NCBI GenBank assembly: GCA_964016885.1
Contig: OZ024746.1
Span: forward strand, 71,796,001 to 71,860,000
Reading direction: 5' to 3'
DNA length: 64,000 nucleotides
Source: Eledone cirrhosa
Lineage: Eukaryota
The notes under the pieces are model-generated. The model worked only from the letters and a program-made list of their open reading frames with translations. It was not told the origin of the DNA and did no database searches. Positions 43,823 through 56,553 of this stretch are shown here, in pieces (within the stretch, counting starts at the first letter, position 1; every line of letters starts with the position of its first letter). The position numbers and the translations under genes were made by a program.

Positions 43823-44100
43823 CAGAGAGAGATGGGCGGGAGAGAAAGAGATACCGAATTAGATATAAAGTGATTAGCCTAGATTCATTTAGCCAAATAT
43901 AATTAATACAGTTCTCATGTATTACCATTTAAAATGCTATTTTCAAATCTAAGGCTACGCTTTGTTCTTTCTCTCTAATAATCAATAAGTTCCTACATTT
44001 CTAAACATGGATTCTTATGCTGCATATTTTCACTGAATCATTATCACCATTTTTACATAGTTGTATATGTACATACACATATGTGTGTGTGTCTACGTAA

Positions 44101-44275
44101 TAATTGTTTCTACTTTTGGCACAAGGCCAGCAATTACCCAGTACATTACTGGTACTTTATTTCATCGACCTCGTAAGGATGATAGGCAAAGTTAACCTCG
44201 GCAGGATTTGAATTCAGATCGTAAAGGGACGTAACTATGCTAGAAAGCATGTCCGACCCTCTACCGATACTGCGA
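44101..44275 (-). mobile_element. tRNA-derived SINE
   Basis: Main SINE consensus. Confidence 0.9.
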
Positions 44276-44285
44276 ATTCTGTATG

Positions 44286-44322
<37 letters not shown>

Positions 44323-44665
44323 CGCGACGTTAACGATTTTCCTTCTTTCTTACATCGGTTTCATCTCGAAAGGTCTATTTTCTACTCGCTGATATATTCA
44401 CCCAGCTTATACTGATGGAATAACTATGTAGCTTGTGTCTCTTCCTATCTTCGGTTAGCTTTCCTCTGTGTTGTTTACTTGTCTCACACGCTTTACGCGT
44501 TTTAATTGTCCTAATAACTTATTTTAGTTATTATTGCGCCAACGTGAGGTATATGATTTTTAATGCAATGAAATACCTATGACCGTTGGTAAATCACTGA
44601 TGAGGGACTCATTTTATAACATGTTATCCATGTGCAACCATGCAGTATTCTTCTCCCCATTTTTT

Positions 44666-44743
<78 letters not shown>

Positions 44744-44885
44744 CATATATATACATATACACATACATACAGAATTCGCAGTATCGGTAGAGGGTCGGAC
44801 ATGCTTTATATATGTTATGGAATACTGTTAGCTTCTCGCTACAACAATTTCTATACCTTTCATTTATATATATATATATATATAT

Positions 44886-44917
<32 letters not shown>

Positions 44918-45934
44918 TATCATCATTCATCATCGTTTAACGTCTATATTCCACTCTAACATGGGTTAGACGGGAATTGTCCCACTTGAGGCAAGATTGA
45001 TCGGGTGACCGAGTCTCGCTCGTATAGGACTATCGTATATATATTTTTTTTTTTTTTTTATATATATATGTGTGTGTGTATATATGTATATATATATATA
45101 TATATATTAGAAAGTGAGGGTTTTTTTACAAAATGAAAAATAACCGAGGTGTCCTACACGAGTGAAAGTATAAAGAAAAAGAGATGAAATCGAAAATGCA
45201 ACTGGAGTCTTATTTTTTTTTTTAAATATATATATTTATTTGGTTCCTTTACCGGTTTCGCAGTTCTTCTGCTTTTCAAAAGATGAGTTGAGATGGAGGG
45301 TCTGTGGTTTTTCTCACATCATTCGTATATATATATATACGTATGAATGTCCAGTTTGCCTATGACTGGTATAGAGCAACTCAAGTCTTCAGATTTGAAA
45401 ATAGTTGGTCCTCAGGGCTAACGAAACCTACGTATCTGGTATGGCGCCATTGTAGTGTAGCGGCCCCTTACGGCTGTGACTCAGCACGTATAAGAGTTAC
45501 GTCCCTTTGCGACGGGCGCGACTCCCAGCGGCAGATTCATGTACTAAACGGAGTTGTGTCCCCCTGGGGACTATATAGTCGAGGACAATCAAGCCATAAG
45601 ACACACTCTACTCCTGAACTTCGAAGGAACAAGAACACCTGAGACCTTGTTCAAGAGATGACTCCTGTTTCACTTCCTTCGCACCCAAGAAGAAGAACAC
45701 CGGCAGTCTAAAGAAACACTTGAACCTTACCAAGAGAAGATTTTCTGTTCTTCTCCACACACTCCAGTCTGGGAGTTGTGACCACCTGAATATCAACATG
45801 TGGTAACAATTCTTTATAACAATTTATTTGACTTCTGTGAAGTAAAACCATGTCACAACTCTCACCTGCATTTATTGTAATTCTTGATAATATTTATATA
45901 CACTGATACTAATTTCCTAAAGTATTAACTGGCC

Positions 45935-45994
<60 letters not shown>

Positions 45995-46054
45995 CGGGTG
46001 AGCACTCGATGTTTAGGTTCACGTCAGTATCTACCACGTCATTACTACCACAGA

Positions 46055-46140
46055 GGTCCGACGAGCTATTGATTCCAGAGTCGGGCTAGATCGATACAGA
46101 TCGAACCTTGAGCTGATCAGTAGCGAAACGCGCGTCTACA
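46055..46140 (+). ncRNA. Hammerhead motif with extended stem II (family E)
   Basis: CCGACGA-GCTATTGAT...ATCAGTAGC-GAAAC gcgc GTC, then AATAAA at 46144; stem I is degenerate in this copy. Confidence 0.65.
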
Positions 46141-46178
46141 ACCAATAAACGTAATGAAGGAGTAACCATTCGTCTTTG

Positions 46179-46224
<46 letters not shown>

Positions 46225-46228
<4 letters not shown>

Positions 46229-46411
46229 GAAAAATGGCGTGGTGTGTTGTTGCAAATGTGATATATAAATTAAAATGAAGAATTAGAAATAGAAGCCTGG
46301 ACTATCCATCATCAGTGGTCTACTAGCCATCATAGGTATTTCTTCGCATTTGGCTAGTAGACGCCACTAATGATGGATAGTCCTGGCTTCTATTTCTAAT
46401 TCTTCATTTTA

Positions 46412-46420
<9 letters not shown>
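46225..46420. repeat. Asymmetric fold-back element between (TA)n tracts
   Basis: Arms about 46261-46331 and 46351-46421; left extension about 35 bp. Confidence 0.85.
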
Positions 46421-46454
<34 letters not shown>

Positions 46455-47161
46455 GATTTGTTGGTTCACCACTGGATAGAACTGGTCCTTCCGTATGGTC
46501 AACCTCGATGTAATATTATGGAGAGCACTCAACGTAATGCAACTCACGCGTCTTCGTCTTGTGTAGTTGGTGGTGCGAGACGGCTGACCGAGGTAGAAGC
46601 TGCTAAATGTTCGGTCGCCCTCATGTCTCTGATTTTCAGCCCCATTGATTTTGTCTATTATATTCCTTTGTTATATTTAGAATACCTGATGATGTTACCT
46701 GATTCATACTGAACCCGGTCATTGAAATGATCTTAATATATATATATAAAACATGAGACGAAAGAAGAATACTGCGTGGTTTGCACATGGGTTGATAAAA
46801 ATAGTCCTTCGTCACTGATTTTCCAACCATCATTGGTATATTTCATCGCATTAAAAATCAGATGCGTCAGGTTGGTGCGAGCAATAACTAAAAAAAGTTA
46901 TTGGGACCAGTAATTCGCGTAAAGCGAGGGGGACAAGTAAACAACATAGAAGGATAAAAGCAAACCGAAGATAGGAAAATAAACAAGCAGCATGGTTGTC
47001 CGGTCAGCATAAGTTTCATGAGCGAGAGAGGTACAGACCATTTCGATGTGTGTGAGATGTAAGCAAGAAGAGACCCACACAAGCCAAACGGGAGGAAGTG
47101 AGAAGGGAAGAAACAGAGAGTGAGTGAGTGGAAGTGTGAGGAAGAGGTCAGTCGAGAGAAA

Positions 47162-47216
<55 letters not shown>

Positions 47217-47231
47217 CATATATATATGTAT

Positions 47232-47545
47232 ACAATATATTAACAAATGGAAACTATATTTATAAAACCATATTTATTTCATTATACATATTTCAAGGGC
47301 CACCAAGGCAAATTATGGTGTGCTTTCATCAGATAAAATATAATATAGGTTAGTTTTATAAATAAATAAATAAATATTGACATACCCTGAAAAAATGCAA
47401 CCATTCTGGTGGCCCTTGAAATAAATATGGTTTTATAAATATAGTTTTCATTTGTTAATATATTGTATATTTACTCCAATAATTTGTTGAGTGCTTTATA
47501 TCAGTTATAAAAATATTTTGCTTGTTGTATCCCAACAAATTAAAT
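47232..47545. mobile_element. Inverted pair of family C hammerhead elements
   Basis: Minus copy with intact CTGATGA (47332-47326) joined to a plus copy starting at TGGTGGCCCTTGAAATA (about 47407). Confidence 0.8.
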
Positions 47546-47575
47546 ATAAATATAACCTCTACATATATATGTGTA

Positions 47576-47637
<62 letters not shown>

Positions 47638-47683
47638 CGTACATACACATATATATACATATATATATGTATATATATCTATA

Positions 47684-47764
<81 letters not shown>

Positions 47765-48302
47765 CTTGGGGAGGGTCATATTTGTGTAATATTGCCAGAA
47801 TTAATAACAGAACACACTCACTGTTTGGTTGGTTTTCGCTTTTCGCCTCTGTGTCTTTTATATCGGTAATCTAATTTATTCGGTCCTCAATGTTGCCATA
47901 GACTGACCAACGGTCAAAAATAATACAGATACAATATAGACACAAACACATATATATAGTTTATCAAAGTTCTTTCGTTGCACATCTGCAACATCGTCAG
48001 TGGTGCTATTGTTTCCTCCCGTTGCATTGTATTTTCTACGCCATCTTTATTTAGTCTGTTTATATATTTATTTATTTATTTGTTTATTTTATTTTGTTTA
48101 TTATATCAAAAACCTCGCAAAACTAATTCATCGTATATATCGTATATAAACATATCATATATATCACACTGACTATTTATCCAAGTATGTTGATGCATAC
48201 ATACATTCATATCTATCTATTCTATCTCTCTCTTTCTCTCTCTCTCTCTATATATATAGGTGTGTGTGTGTATGGATGGATGAGTGCACATAAAGGGTGA
48301 TG

Positions 48303-48375
<73 letters not shown>

Positions 48376-48548
48376 AATTTATATATTTATGTACCACTTG
48401 TTTCCACAGCGGACCAACTCGAGAACTAAAAGGTTTAACGTGTGTCGTGGGCAACTGCCGACAACGCCCCCCTCTCCTCCTTCTCCTCCATCTTCTTCTT
48501 CTTCTTCTTCTTCTTCTTCTTCTTCTTCTTCTTCTTCTTCTTCTTCTT

Positions 48549-48591
<43 letters not shown>

Positions 48592-50100
48592 ATTATTCTT
48601 TTATCTTTTCTTTCCGCATACTTCATTTTCCTCATTCATTCTCATTCTTTGCTTTTTATTCTCCTTTGACTTTTTTTTTTTGCCAGTAAAGGTGAGTTGT
48701 ATTGTTTTGTCACGGGACATTAACTACAAATAAGAAACATAACAGTAACAACATCTACAATAATAGCAACAACAACAACACGAATACCAACAATGGCGAC
48801 AACAACAACAACAACAACAACAACACGAATAACAACAATGGCAACAACAACAACAACACGAATAACAAGAACGGCAACAACAACAACAACAACAAAATAA
48901 CAACAATGACAACAACAACAACACGAATAACAACAATGTCAACAACAACAACAACGATAACAACACGAATAACAACAATGGCAACAACAACAACAACAAC
49001 ACAAATAACAATAATGGCAACAACAACAACACGAATAACAGCAATAGCAACAACAACAATAACAACACGAATAACAACAATGACAACAACAACAACATCG
49101 CGAATAACAACAACGACAGCAACAACAACATAAACACAACTTAAACAACGACAAAATAAGAAAGAAAAGTAAAAGCAGTCAACAAGAGAAATTAATCACC
49201 TGTTAACACTAAGCCACATCACACTACACCACACGCCACCACACAAGACCACGCCACGACACACTACACCCACTTTATATCCTATACCGCCCTCTAGCGA
49301 CCGTCAAACATGAATTTCAGTGAGGTTGGACACTCAAACGTGACGTCCATTTAAATGTTTGGTGGGTTGGTTTAGTGGCGCATGGCTTGGAGTGGTGTGA
49401 CAAGGTGCAATGTGGTGTAGTGTAGCGTGGTGTAGTGTGGTGTGGTGTAGTGTAGTGTGGTGTGGTGTAGTGTGATGTGGGGTGGTGTAGTGTGACAAGG
49501 TGCAATGTGGTGTAGTGTGGTGTGGTGTAGTGTAGTGTGGTTTGGTGTGGTGTAGTGTAGTGTGGTGTAGTGTGGTGTGGTGTGGTGTGGTGTACGGTAT
49601 GATATAGTAACCTGCATACATATATACACCCACACACAATTACACCCCCACCCCAAGCCACAGATATATATGTATGTATGTATGTATATATATGTGTGTG
49701 TGTGTGTGTTTGAACAATAAAAACAGACATCAGGTGTAGTAGAGAGTTAATTCATTGTTTTACGATGGAGGGCGGATTGATCGGTGGAGATCGATGTATC
49801 GACCAGCATAGTAGTGGTTAAGTTACTACGTATTACTAGTCTCGAAAACCTTGTTCAATCGGCCATCTTCCTCAGAAACGTCTTCCTCAGAAACGTCTTC
49901 TTCACTATTATTGGAGCTCAGAAGATTCGTTCATTGTAACACAGTTTCACTTTGTTAATCAATGGAAAAGTTATTTAGTCCGTAAATTTGCAATGTGGCT
50001 CGTGGACTAAAATTTATAATAGTGGAGCTTTTCAGTTTCAATAAAATTGAATATGCGGCTCTAATTTGTTAATATTGAGCACTATTTTCCCAATATATAT

Positions 50101-50595
50101 ATGATGGCTGCAAACTCTGCTAAGAGTATTGCAATTGCTTTTCAGATTCAGATGTGTGACGCTCAGATATGGCTTTTCAAACCTGTTAGAGACTTGAACT
50201 CCTTCTCACATTGACGACAACTATAGATCTCTCTGGCCTCAAGCCTTGCATCAGGTTGCCTGTGAACCTTCACAATACCGTGGAGATCATAGTTCACTGG
50301 TTCTCTTTGAACATGGCTGCGACTGTGGTTCCTGAGACCAGATTTGCCAAAGCAAATTTTCCACATTCAGGGCATTTCAATTGAATAGAGACACCGATCG
50401 TTTCGAGAAACACAGTAGTGCATAGCTTACGCACATCCCGTTTGATCTTCTCGTGCTCTATGCGTCTGTCCTCAAAATTATCGACCTCTTCACATCATTC
50501 ACCATTCCACGCCAAGGCCAAGTTTCTCTTTCAAGAGCTTCTATCTCCCGGTTAGCCACCATCAAAGACAGTTTTTTTCAATGAGTCCTTTACAC
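50101..50595 (-). mobile_element. RTE-clade LINE 3' end with two C2H2 zinc fingers
   Basis: CPEC..KICFGKSGLRNHSRSH and CRQCEKEFKSLTGLKSHI; ends GCAGCCATCAT-(AT)n; frameshifted. Confidence 0.75.
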
Positions 50596-50938
50596 AGTCC
50601 GTGTGTGTGTGTATATATATATATATAATTCAATGAGAATCGTATTTCGGCTGGTAGAAAAAGCGAAACGAAACGCAAAATCGTAGAAATGCTGGCAAGC
50701 GCTCAATAGTTAAAAAACCAGAGCTAAACAATGTGTTAAAACGCCATACAAACTGAAAAAGTGTTTAAGAAGGCATTAACCACCTAAGCCAAAAAACAAA
50801 TCAAGCTAAACAGGTCAAACAAAATAAATGATAAAACCCTGGACCCAAATGGAACTGGTGGTAAAATCCAAATGCAGGGTTTCTATGACATCTAAATCAA
50901 TAATACTGTCTGCTTAAAACTATAAGCTTTCAGCATTC

Positions 50939-51038
50939 GAGGTTGACTTTGCCTTTCATCCTTACGGGGTCGATAAAATAAAGTACCAGTAATGCACTGG
51001 GTAATTGCTGGCCTTGTGCCAAAAGTAGAAACAATTAT
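50939..51038 (+). mobile_element. SINE 3' fragment
   Basis: Main SINE consensus without the head. Confidence 0.85.
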
Positions 51039-51120
51039 TATATATATATATATAATAAGGGATGACGGACCCACCATATTTATCAATGCCAGTACCGGTT
51101 GTATCTCAGCGCACTCTATG

Positions 51121-51158
<38 letters not shown>

Positions 51159-51207
51159 AATAAAATAACAAGGACGATTGGTTACGCCTTCATTACGTTT
51201 ATTGGTT

Positions 51208-51292
51208 GGTGACGCTCGTTTCGCCACTGATCAGCTCAAGGTTCGATCTGTATCGATCTGACCTGACTCTGTAATCCGCGGCTCGTCAGACC
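51208..51292 (-). ncRNA. Type I hammerhead ribozyme with intact core (family E)
   Basis: GGT-CTGACGA-GCC...GGC-GAAAC gagc GTC-ACC, then AACC AATAAA. Confidence 0.8.
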
Positions 51293-51375
51293 CCTTGTAA
51301 TGTTAATGGAAAAAAATGCTACACTCACTGGATATATATCTATATCTATATATATATATATGTATATATATATAT

Positions 51376-51758
51376 TTCGTTTCTGAATTTGTTTAGCAAG
51401 ATTCTTTATCTGAAATCGTGTGTTGAAACCGATATTGTTATACTTTGGGAGGGTCATGTTGCCAATAAGAAACACACGCACCAGTTGCTTTCACTTCAAT
51501 TTAATTTATTAAATATTTATAAGTTTACAAATTTATAAATTTATAGATTTCTGGTTGGTTGGTTGGTTCCAGAGTGTGACGAAAGAACTATGACTATATA
51601 TATATAAACAACTATCTGGTTGTGGAACCAACCAACCAACCAGAAATCTATAAATTTATAAATTTGTAAACTTATAAATATTTAATAAATTAAATTGAAG
51701 TGAAAGCAACTGGTGCGTGTGTTTCTTATTGGCAACATGACCCTCCCAAAGTATAACA

Positions 51759-51762
<4 letters not shown>
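51376..51762. mobile_element. Asymmetric fold-back element (family F-related)
   Basis: Arms of about 140 bp (51432-51571 and 51623-51762), apparently identical; left extension about 55 bp; (TA)n flanks. Confidence 0.88.
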
Positions 51763-51800
<38 letters not shown>

Positions 51801-52419
51801 ATGCATGTATGTATGTATGCATGTATATGTGAGCATATGTGTGTGTGTGTGTGTGTGTGTGTACATATGTGTGTATGTATGTATGAATATACCTGTTCAC
51901 GTTCACGGTATGCCAGCCACCCTGTCACCATCAATATGGCAGCCGCCATCGTTGTCACGCTTACATTCCTTCGGCACTTTTCCTTGTGTGTTTCTGTGTG
52001 TGTCTGTGTCTCACTGTGTGTGTGTGTGTGTGTATGTATGTGTGTGGTGGCTGTCTTTGTTAGGGGCTAGGTATATTAAGGTATCGGGATAGTTGTTGAA
52101 GTAGCGAATCCATGGGAAAGTGGCCACGTGGCCAGGTAAAATGGCAGGATGACAGAACCCCACTCCACTACTGGTGTATGAACCTAAGTTATTATCTACT
52201 GCTATCTAATAGTCCTTTAAGCTCACCTATCCCTTCTTAAATCACTTCCATTCACATTTACACACACATAAGTACACATGTCAACATCATGTGTGTGTAT
52301 GACTGTGTGTGTGTGTGTATGAATGTGTGGGTGTGTGTGTGTGTGTGTGTATGTTTGTACAAATACACTCATGTAAATGTCTATATACACACACATAATT
52401 ATATATACATATATATCTA

Positions 52420-52543
<124 letters not shown>

Positions 52544-52670
52544 TACATATATACACATATGTTGCGTATGTGTGTGTACATGTGTGTGTACGTGCTAGTA
52601 TGATAAATAAAATGGAAAAGAGAATTAGAGAGAAACAGGCACTCGCACGCACACGCACACACACACAAAT

Positions 52671-52707
<37 letters not shown>

Positions 52708-52786
52708 GAGAGAGAGAGGAGGGAGTGAGATAGAGAGAGAGAGACAGAGAGGGGGGAGATAGAGAGAGAGACAGAGAGAGAGAAAG

Positions 52787-52827
<41 letters not shown>

Positions 52828-53091
52828 TATTTCTTTTATTTGCCACTAGGGCATCAAAAGTGGGACAAGTACAAAGGGGGGAGTTTACACAAAAAGGCGT
52901 CCTCAATAAGGAGAAGGCAATAACAAAATATAAAAATAAAATAAGATATAACAAAAAATAAAATTTTTAACAAAATCCTCAATAGAGAGGAGGCGCCTTG
53001 GGGGGTCGCACACACCCCCGAAAAAAGTGTGCAACCCTTCTCCTCAGGAGCACAGAGAAGGGGTGCTCCCTTGGTCTTTTATCTTCCTCAC

Positions 53092-56000
53092 CTATAGTCT
53101 GATGTAGAGTGAAGGCCCATTCACACGGGCCATTCTCGCCACTTTCACCCATCTTTCATAGAAACGGCTGGGGTGCAGCACCTCTCTCTCCATCCTGATC
53201 CTTCTTCCGAAATGATATCGGAAGAAACGGACCAGTTGTTGGCCAGAGAGAAAGGTGCCTGACCTCAGTCCTTTCAGACGCGTCCACCATACAACCTCTT
53301 TCGCCATGGCTATTACGCACAGAAACACCGCCTCTGCTTCATCTTTGAAGGGGGGAGGCGGCTTGATCATTACAATCGACTCGGTGGTCAACCGGATCGG
53401 TCCCACCCTTGACAGCAGTTGTTCGACATAGCCCCACAGATCGGCTACGCCCGAGCAGTGTACCAATGCGTGTGCAACGGTTTCCTCGTCGCACACGCAT
53501 CTGGGACAGATCTTTTTGGCGGGGTCCCTTCCCGGGCGCCCGTGTCTGTAGAGCCTTTCTCGAACGGGTAAAGCCCCTCGGTAGCACTGCCAGGCCAGGG
53601 ACTTCTGGAAGTTGTCCATAGGTCCCGGGCTGAATGTCCTACCGAACAGGCTGGCCAGTTCGTCCTCCTCCATGTCTAGGGCTTCTCCGAGGGCGTCGTC
53701 GCACCTGCTGCGTACCAGCCCTCTATAGAATGTTGCGGTGGAGTCTCCACTGATAACCGGATCCGCCTGCCAGAGGGCGGTGAGCGCCTGGGCACACTCA
53801 GTGTGCCAGGCGCCCAGTTTTCTCGGTCTTTGCTTGACCCAGGATTGCAGCTCGGTGAGTGAGACGAGTCTGGGAAAGGTTCGTCTCACAAACGAGGCCC
53901 ACACCGGTTGTCCGGTGAGGAATACGTAGAGGTGCCGTAGCCTTAATGCGTGTTTACGCATCATTAGCCACGGCATCCCCAGCCCTCCTTTCGAAGGGTG
54001 TTGACAGCAGATGGATCTCCTCACCATAGGAGCCCGCCTCTTCCAAAGGAATTGGAAGAGCGCGCGCTCCATCTTGGTGAGGGTTTCCCTTGGGCAGGGC
54101 ACTACGGTCAGGCGGTAGTAGATGACGGACGCTATGTAGGTGTTCGCCACCTCCGCCCGACCTTTCAGGGATAGTTTGCAACTGGCCCACTTCTGGGTCA
54201 GTGCAAACACCCTGTTCGTAACCTCCGCCCAGTTTTTCTCCACCTGGAGGTCCGGTCCGAACCAGACCCCGAGCAACTTCACCGGGCCCTCCGTCCAGCG
54301 TCCGACGACGCTATCGGAGGGCATCGGTCTGCCCCTCCACGTGCCGAGTTGCAAACCGATCGACTTGTCCCGGTTCAGCTTAGCCCCTGTGAACTTTTCG
54401 TACTCCTCCAGTAAGGTGCCGACCGCCTCGATTTCGGAGGCCGTCGACACCATTACTGTCACGTCATCGGCGTAGGCCGACACCGCTTTCCGCAATCCCG
54501 GTTCCAAAGGGATGCCCTGCAACAACTCCAACTTCCGCAGTAGTGGCTCGAGAGTCAACACATACAGAAGGGAGGAGAGAGGGCACCCTTGTCGGATGGA
54601 CCGCTCGATTTTGAACGGCTCCGAGAGGTAGCCGTTCACCTTGACCCTAGAGCAGATGCGGCTGCTGTGCATAGCAGTGATCCAGCCCCTGAAAACGGGT
54701 CCGAAGCCTGCCGCCGCTAGCACCGCATCCAGGTAACCATGGTCGACCCTATCGAACGCCTTAGATTGATCCAAGTTGATCAGAGCCCCACCAAAGCCGG
54801 GTTCGTTCCCAACCCTCTCTATGATGTATCGCATGAGGTGGAGGTTGTCATGGATGGACCTGGACGGGATAGCGCATGTCTGCGCATCTCCCACCAGGTT
54901 GCCCACGACAAGCGCCAACCTCTTTGCTAGCACCTTGGCCAAAATCTGTAACTCTGTATTTAGCAGTGTTATGGGCCTGAAGTTACTTATTTCGTCCCCC
55001 TTGTTCTCGTCCTTCCTCACTAGCGTGACTACGCCCTTGGTCACAGTACAGGGAATTCTCCCGTTCTGTTGCCAGTTGCAGTAGACCGCCTCGAGGAGAT
55101 CGGGGAACAAGTCCGGCATAGCTAGATATAATTCGTAAGGAAGACCATCGAGACCCGGGGATTTGCGTTTGCCGCATTGGCTCAGCACGTCCTCTATCTC
55201 AGCGGCCGAAATCGGCTCCTCGCAGGACTTCGCCTCCCTGTCCGAGAGGCGCGGCAGGCCGTCGAGGTATGGACCGAAGTCCACGTTCCCAACCGGCTCC
55301 CCGCCCCTCCCGAACAGTCGGGCAAAGTGCCTTTGAAAGGCCTCACACATCTGCTTAGGCTCAAGAATCGCCCGTCCATCCAGGTCTCGCAAAGACCGGA
55401 TGGTGGATTTAGTTCCACTGTTGGCCTCTGTCACGCGGGCCCAGCTAACAGCTTTGGTCCCCTCGTTCCCTAGAGCACGTATTTTACTTCGGACAACGCA
55501 GCCTTCGTGCTTCGCGTCGAAAAACTGGCTCAACGCCGTTCTCGACGCTAGCACTCTGGCCACGTCGCCGCTTCTAATTGCCTCTTCTACTCTATCTATT
55601 AGCTCCCTTTCCTTCCTATTCCTATCCGCAGCTAGAACCTTACTAAATTCTATCGAGACTACTCTAATCTCTCTCTTTAGAGATACCCACCACCTGCTGT
55701 TGACGATCGCTCCAGTCAACCGTTCCTTAACTAACGTACTAATCCGATTCCTGTAGGCTCTACTTGCCGGCAAGGACAAGTTGAGCTTCCAGTAACCGGG
55801 GCCCTGTCTATGAGTTCTGTCAAGGTTGACCATGCAGGTCACTAATTTGTGGTCTGAATAGCCAACAATGCGCATTTTTGGACAACTTAAAAAGTCCTTA
55901 TCCTTAATTCTAACTAAGAACCTATCTAGGTACGACCTAGATGATCCGCTACGATTTGCCCAAGTCCAGGTTGGCGCAGTCGGAAAATCTAGTCGATATC

Positions 56001-56529
56001 TATCGGCCAGGTCAAATCGACCGATTAACCCTTTGAGGCTATTACACCCCTCTCTATCGGGGCAGGCCCCTACGTAGTCCCAGCGTGCATCTAGGATACC
56101 ATTCCAGTCCCCCACTAATAGCAAGGAGCGGGACGTCCCTAGAAAAGTCTCCAGACGATGGAAGAAGTCCGGCCGCATTGACCCGAAAGGGCCGTAGGCG
56201 GCTACCAACCTAAACGCTCCGCCTTTACCACTGCCAAGGTCCAGAACCACTAGTCGACCCTCCGGGTCCAAATGTACCATCTGTGTTGCGAGACCCAGAT
56301 GTTTTTGCAGCAGAACGACAACTCCACCCCCACCTCCAGGCTGACAGAGAGATGCGTGCATCTCAAAGTCATCAAAGGTGGGGGCCAGCTGTCGCACGTT
56401 GCTGATCCGGGCCTCGCAAATAACCATCACATCTATACGTTGTGACCTGAGGTCATTTAGAAGCATTGCTTGCTTCCAAGTTGAGCCCAGGCCACGCGCA
56501 TTTAAACAGCCTACTCTTAGCATAGCCAT
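53092..56529 (-). CDS. ORF2: APE endonuclease, reverse transcriptase, CCHC finger
   Basis: LNARG, GDWN, SYLDRF, SDH, GYWKLN, KSPGLDGLPYE, FRPITLLN, LDQSKAFD, IRQGCPLS, YADD, GGLG, CPRC..EETVAHALVHC. Uninterrupted; first ATG at 56529. Confidence 0.97.
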   Translation of the reverse strand: MAMLRVGCLNARGLGSTWKQAMLLNDLRSQRIDVMVICEARISNVRQLAPTFDDFEMHASLCQPGGGGGVVVLLQKHLGLATQMVHLDPEGRLVVLDLGSGKGGAFRLVAAYGPFGSMRPDFFHRLETFLGTSRSLLLVGDWNGILDARWDYVGACPDREGCNSLKGLIGRFDLADRYRLDFPTAPTWTWANRSGSSRSYLDRFLVRIKDKDFLSCPKMRIVGYSDHKLVTCMVNLDRTHRQGPGYWKLNLSLPASRAYRNRISTLVKERLTGAIVNSRWWVSLKREIRVVSIEFSKVLAADRNRKERELIDRVEEAIRSGDVARVLASRTALSQFFDAKHEGCVVRSKIRALGNEGTKAVSWARVTEANSGTKSTIRSLRDLDGRAILEPKQMCEAFQRHFARLFGRGGEPVGNVDFGPYLDGLPRLSDREAKSCEEPISAAEIEDVLSQCGKRKSPGLDGLPYELYLAMPDLFPDLLEAVYCNWQQNGRIPCTVTKGVVTLVRKDENKGDEISNFRPITLLNTELQILAKVLAKRLALVVGNLVGDAQTCAIPSRSIHDNLHLMRYIIERVGNEPGFGGALINLDQSKAFDRVDHGYLDAVLAAAGFGPVFRGWITAMHSSRICSRVKVNGYLSEPFKIERSIRQGCPLSSLLYVLTLEPLLRKLELLQGIPLEPGLRKAVSAYADDVTVMVSTASEIEAVGTLLEEYEKFTGAKLNRDKSIGLQLGTWRGRPMPSDSVVGRWTEGPVKLLGVWFGPDLQVEKNWAEVTNRVFALTQKWASCKLSLKGRAEVANTYIASVIYYRLTVVPCPRETLTKMERALFQFLWKRRAPMVRRSICCQHPSKGGLGMPWLMMRKHALRLRHLYVFLTGQPVWASFVRRTFPRLVSLTELQSWVKQRPRKLGAWHTECAQALTALWQADPVISGDSTATFYRGLVRSRCDDALGEALDMEEDELASLFGRTFSPGPMDNFQKSLAWQCYRGALPVRERLYRHGRPGRDPAKKICPRCVCDEETVAHALVHCSGVADLWGYVEQLLSRVGPIRLTTESIVMIKPPPPFKDEAEAVFLCVIAMAKEVVWWTRLKGLRSGTFLSGQQLVRFFRYHFGRRIRMEREVLHPSRFYERWVKVARMARVNGPSLYIRL

Positions 56530-56553
56530 GTTGGTGGTGAAGAGAAAAGGCAC

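Noticed and set aside
46686-46735. CTGATGA...GAAATGATC hammerhead candidate
   Set aside because: No stem I partner and only weak stem II; truncated by a TA tract.
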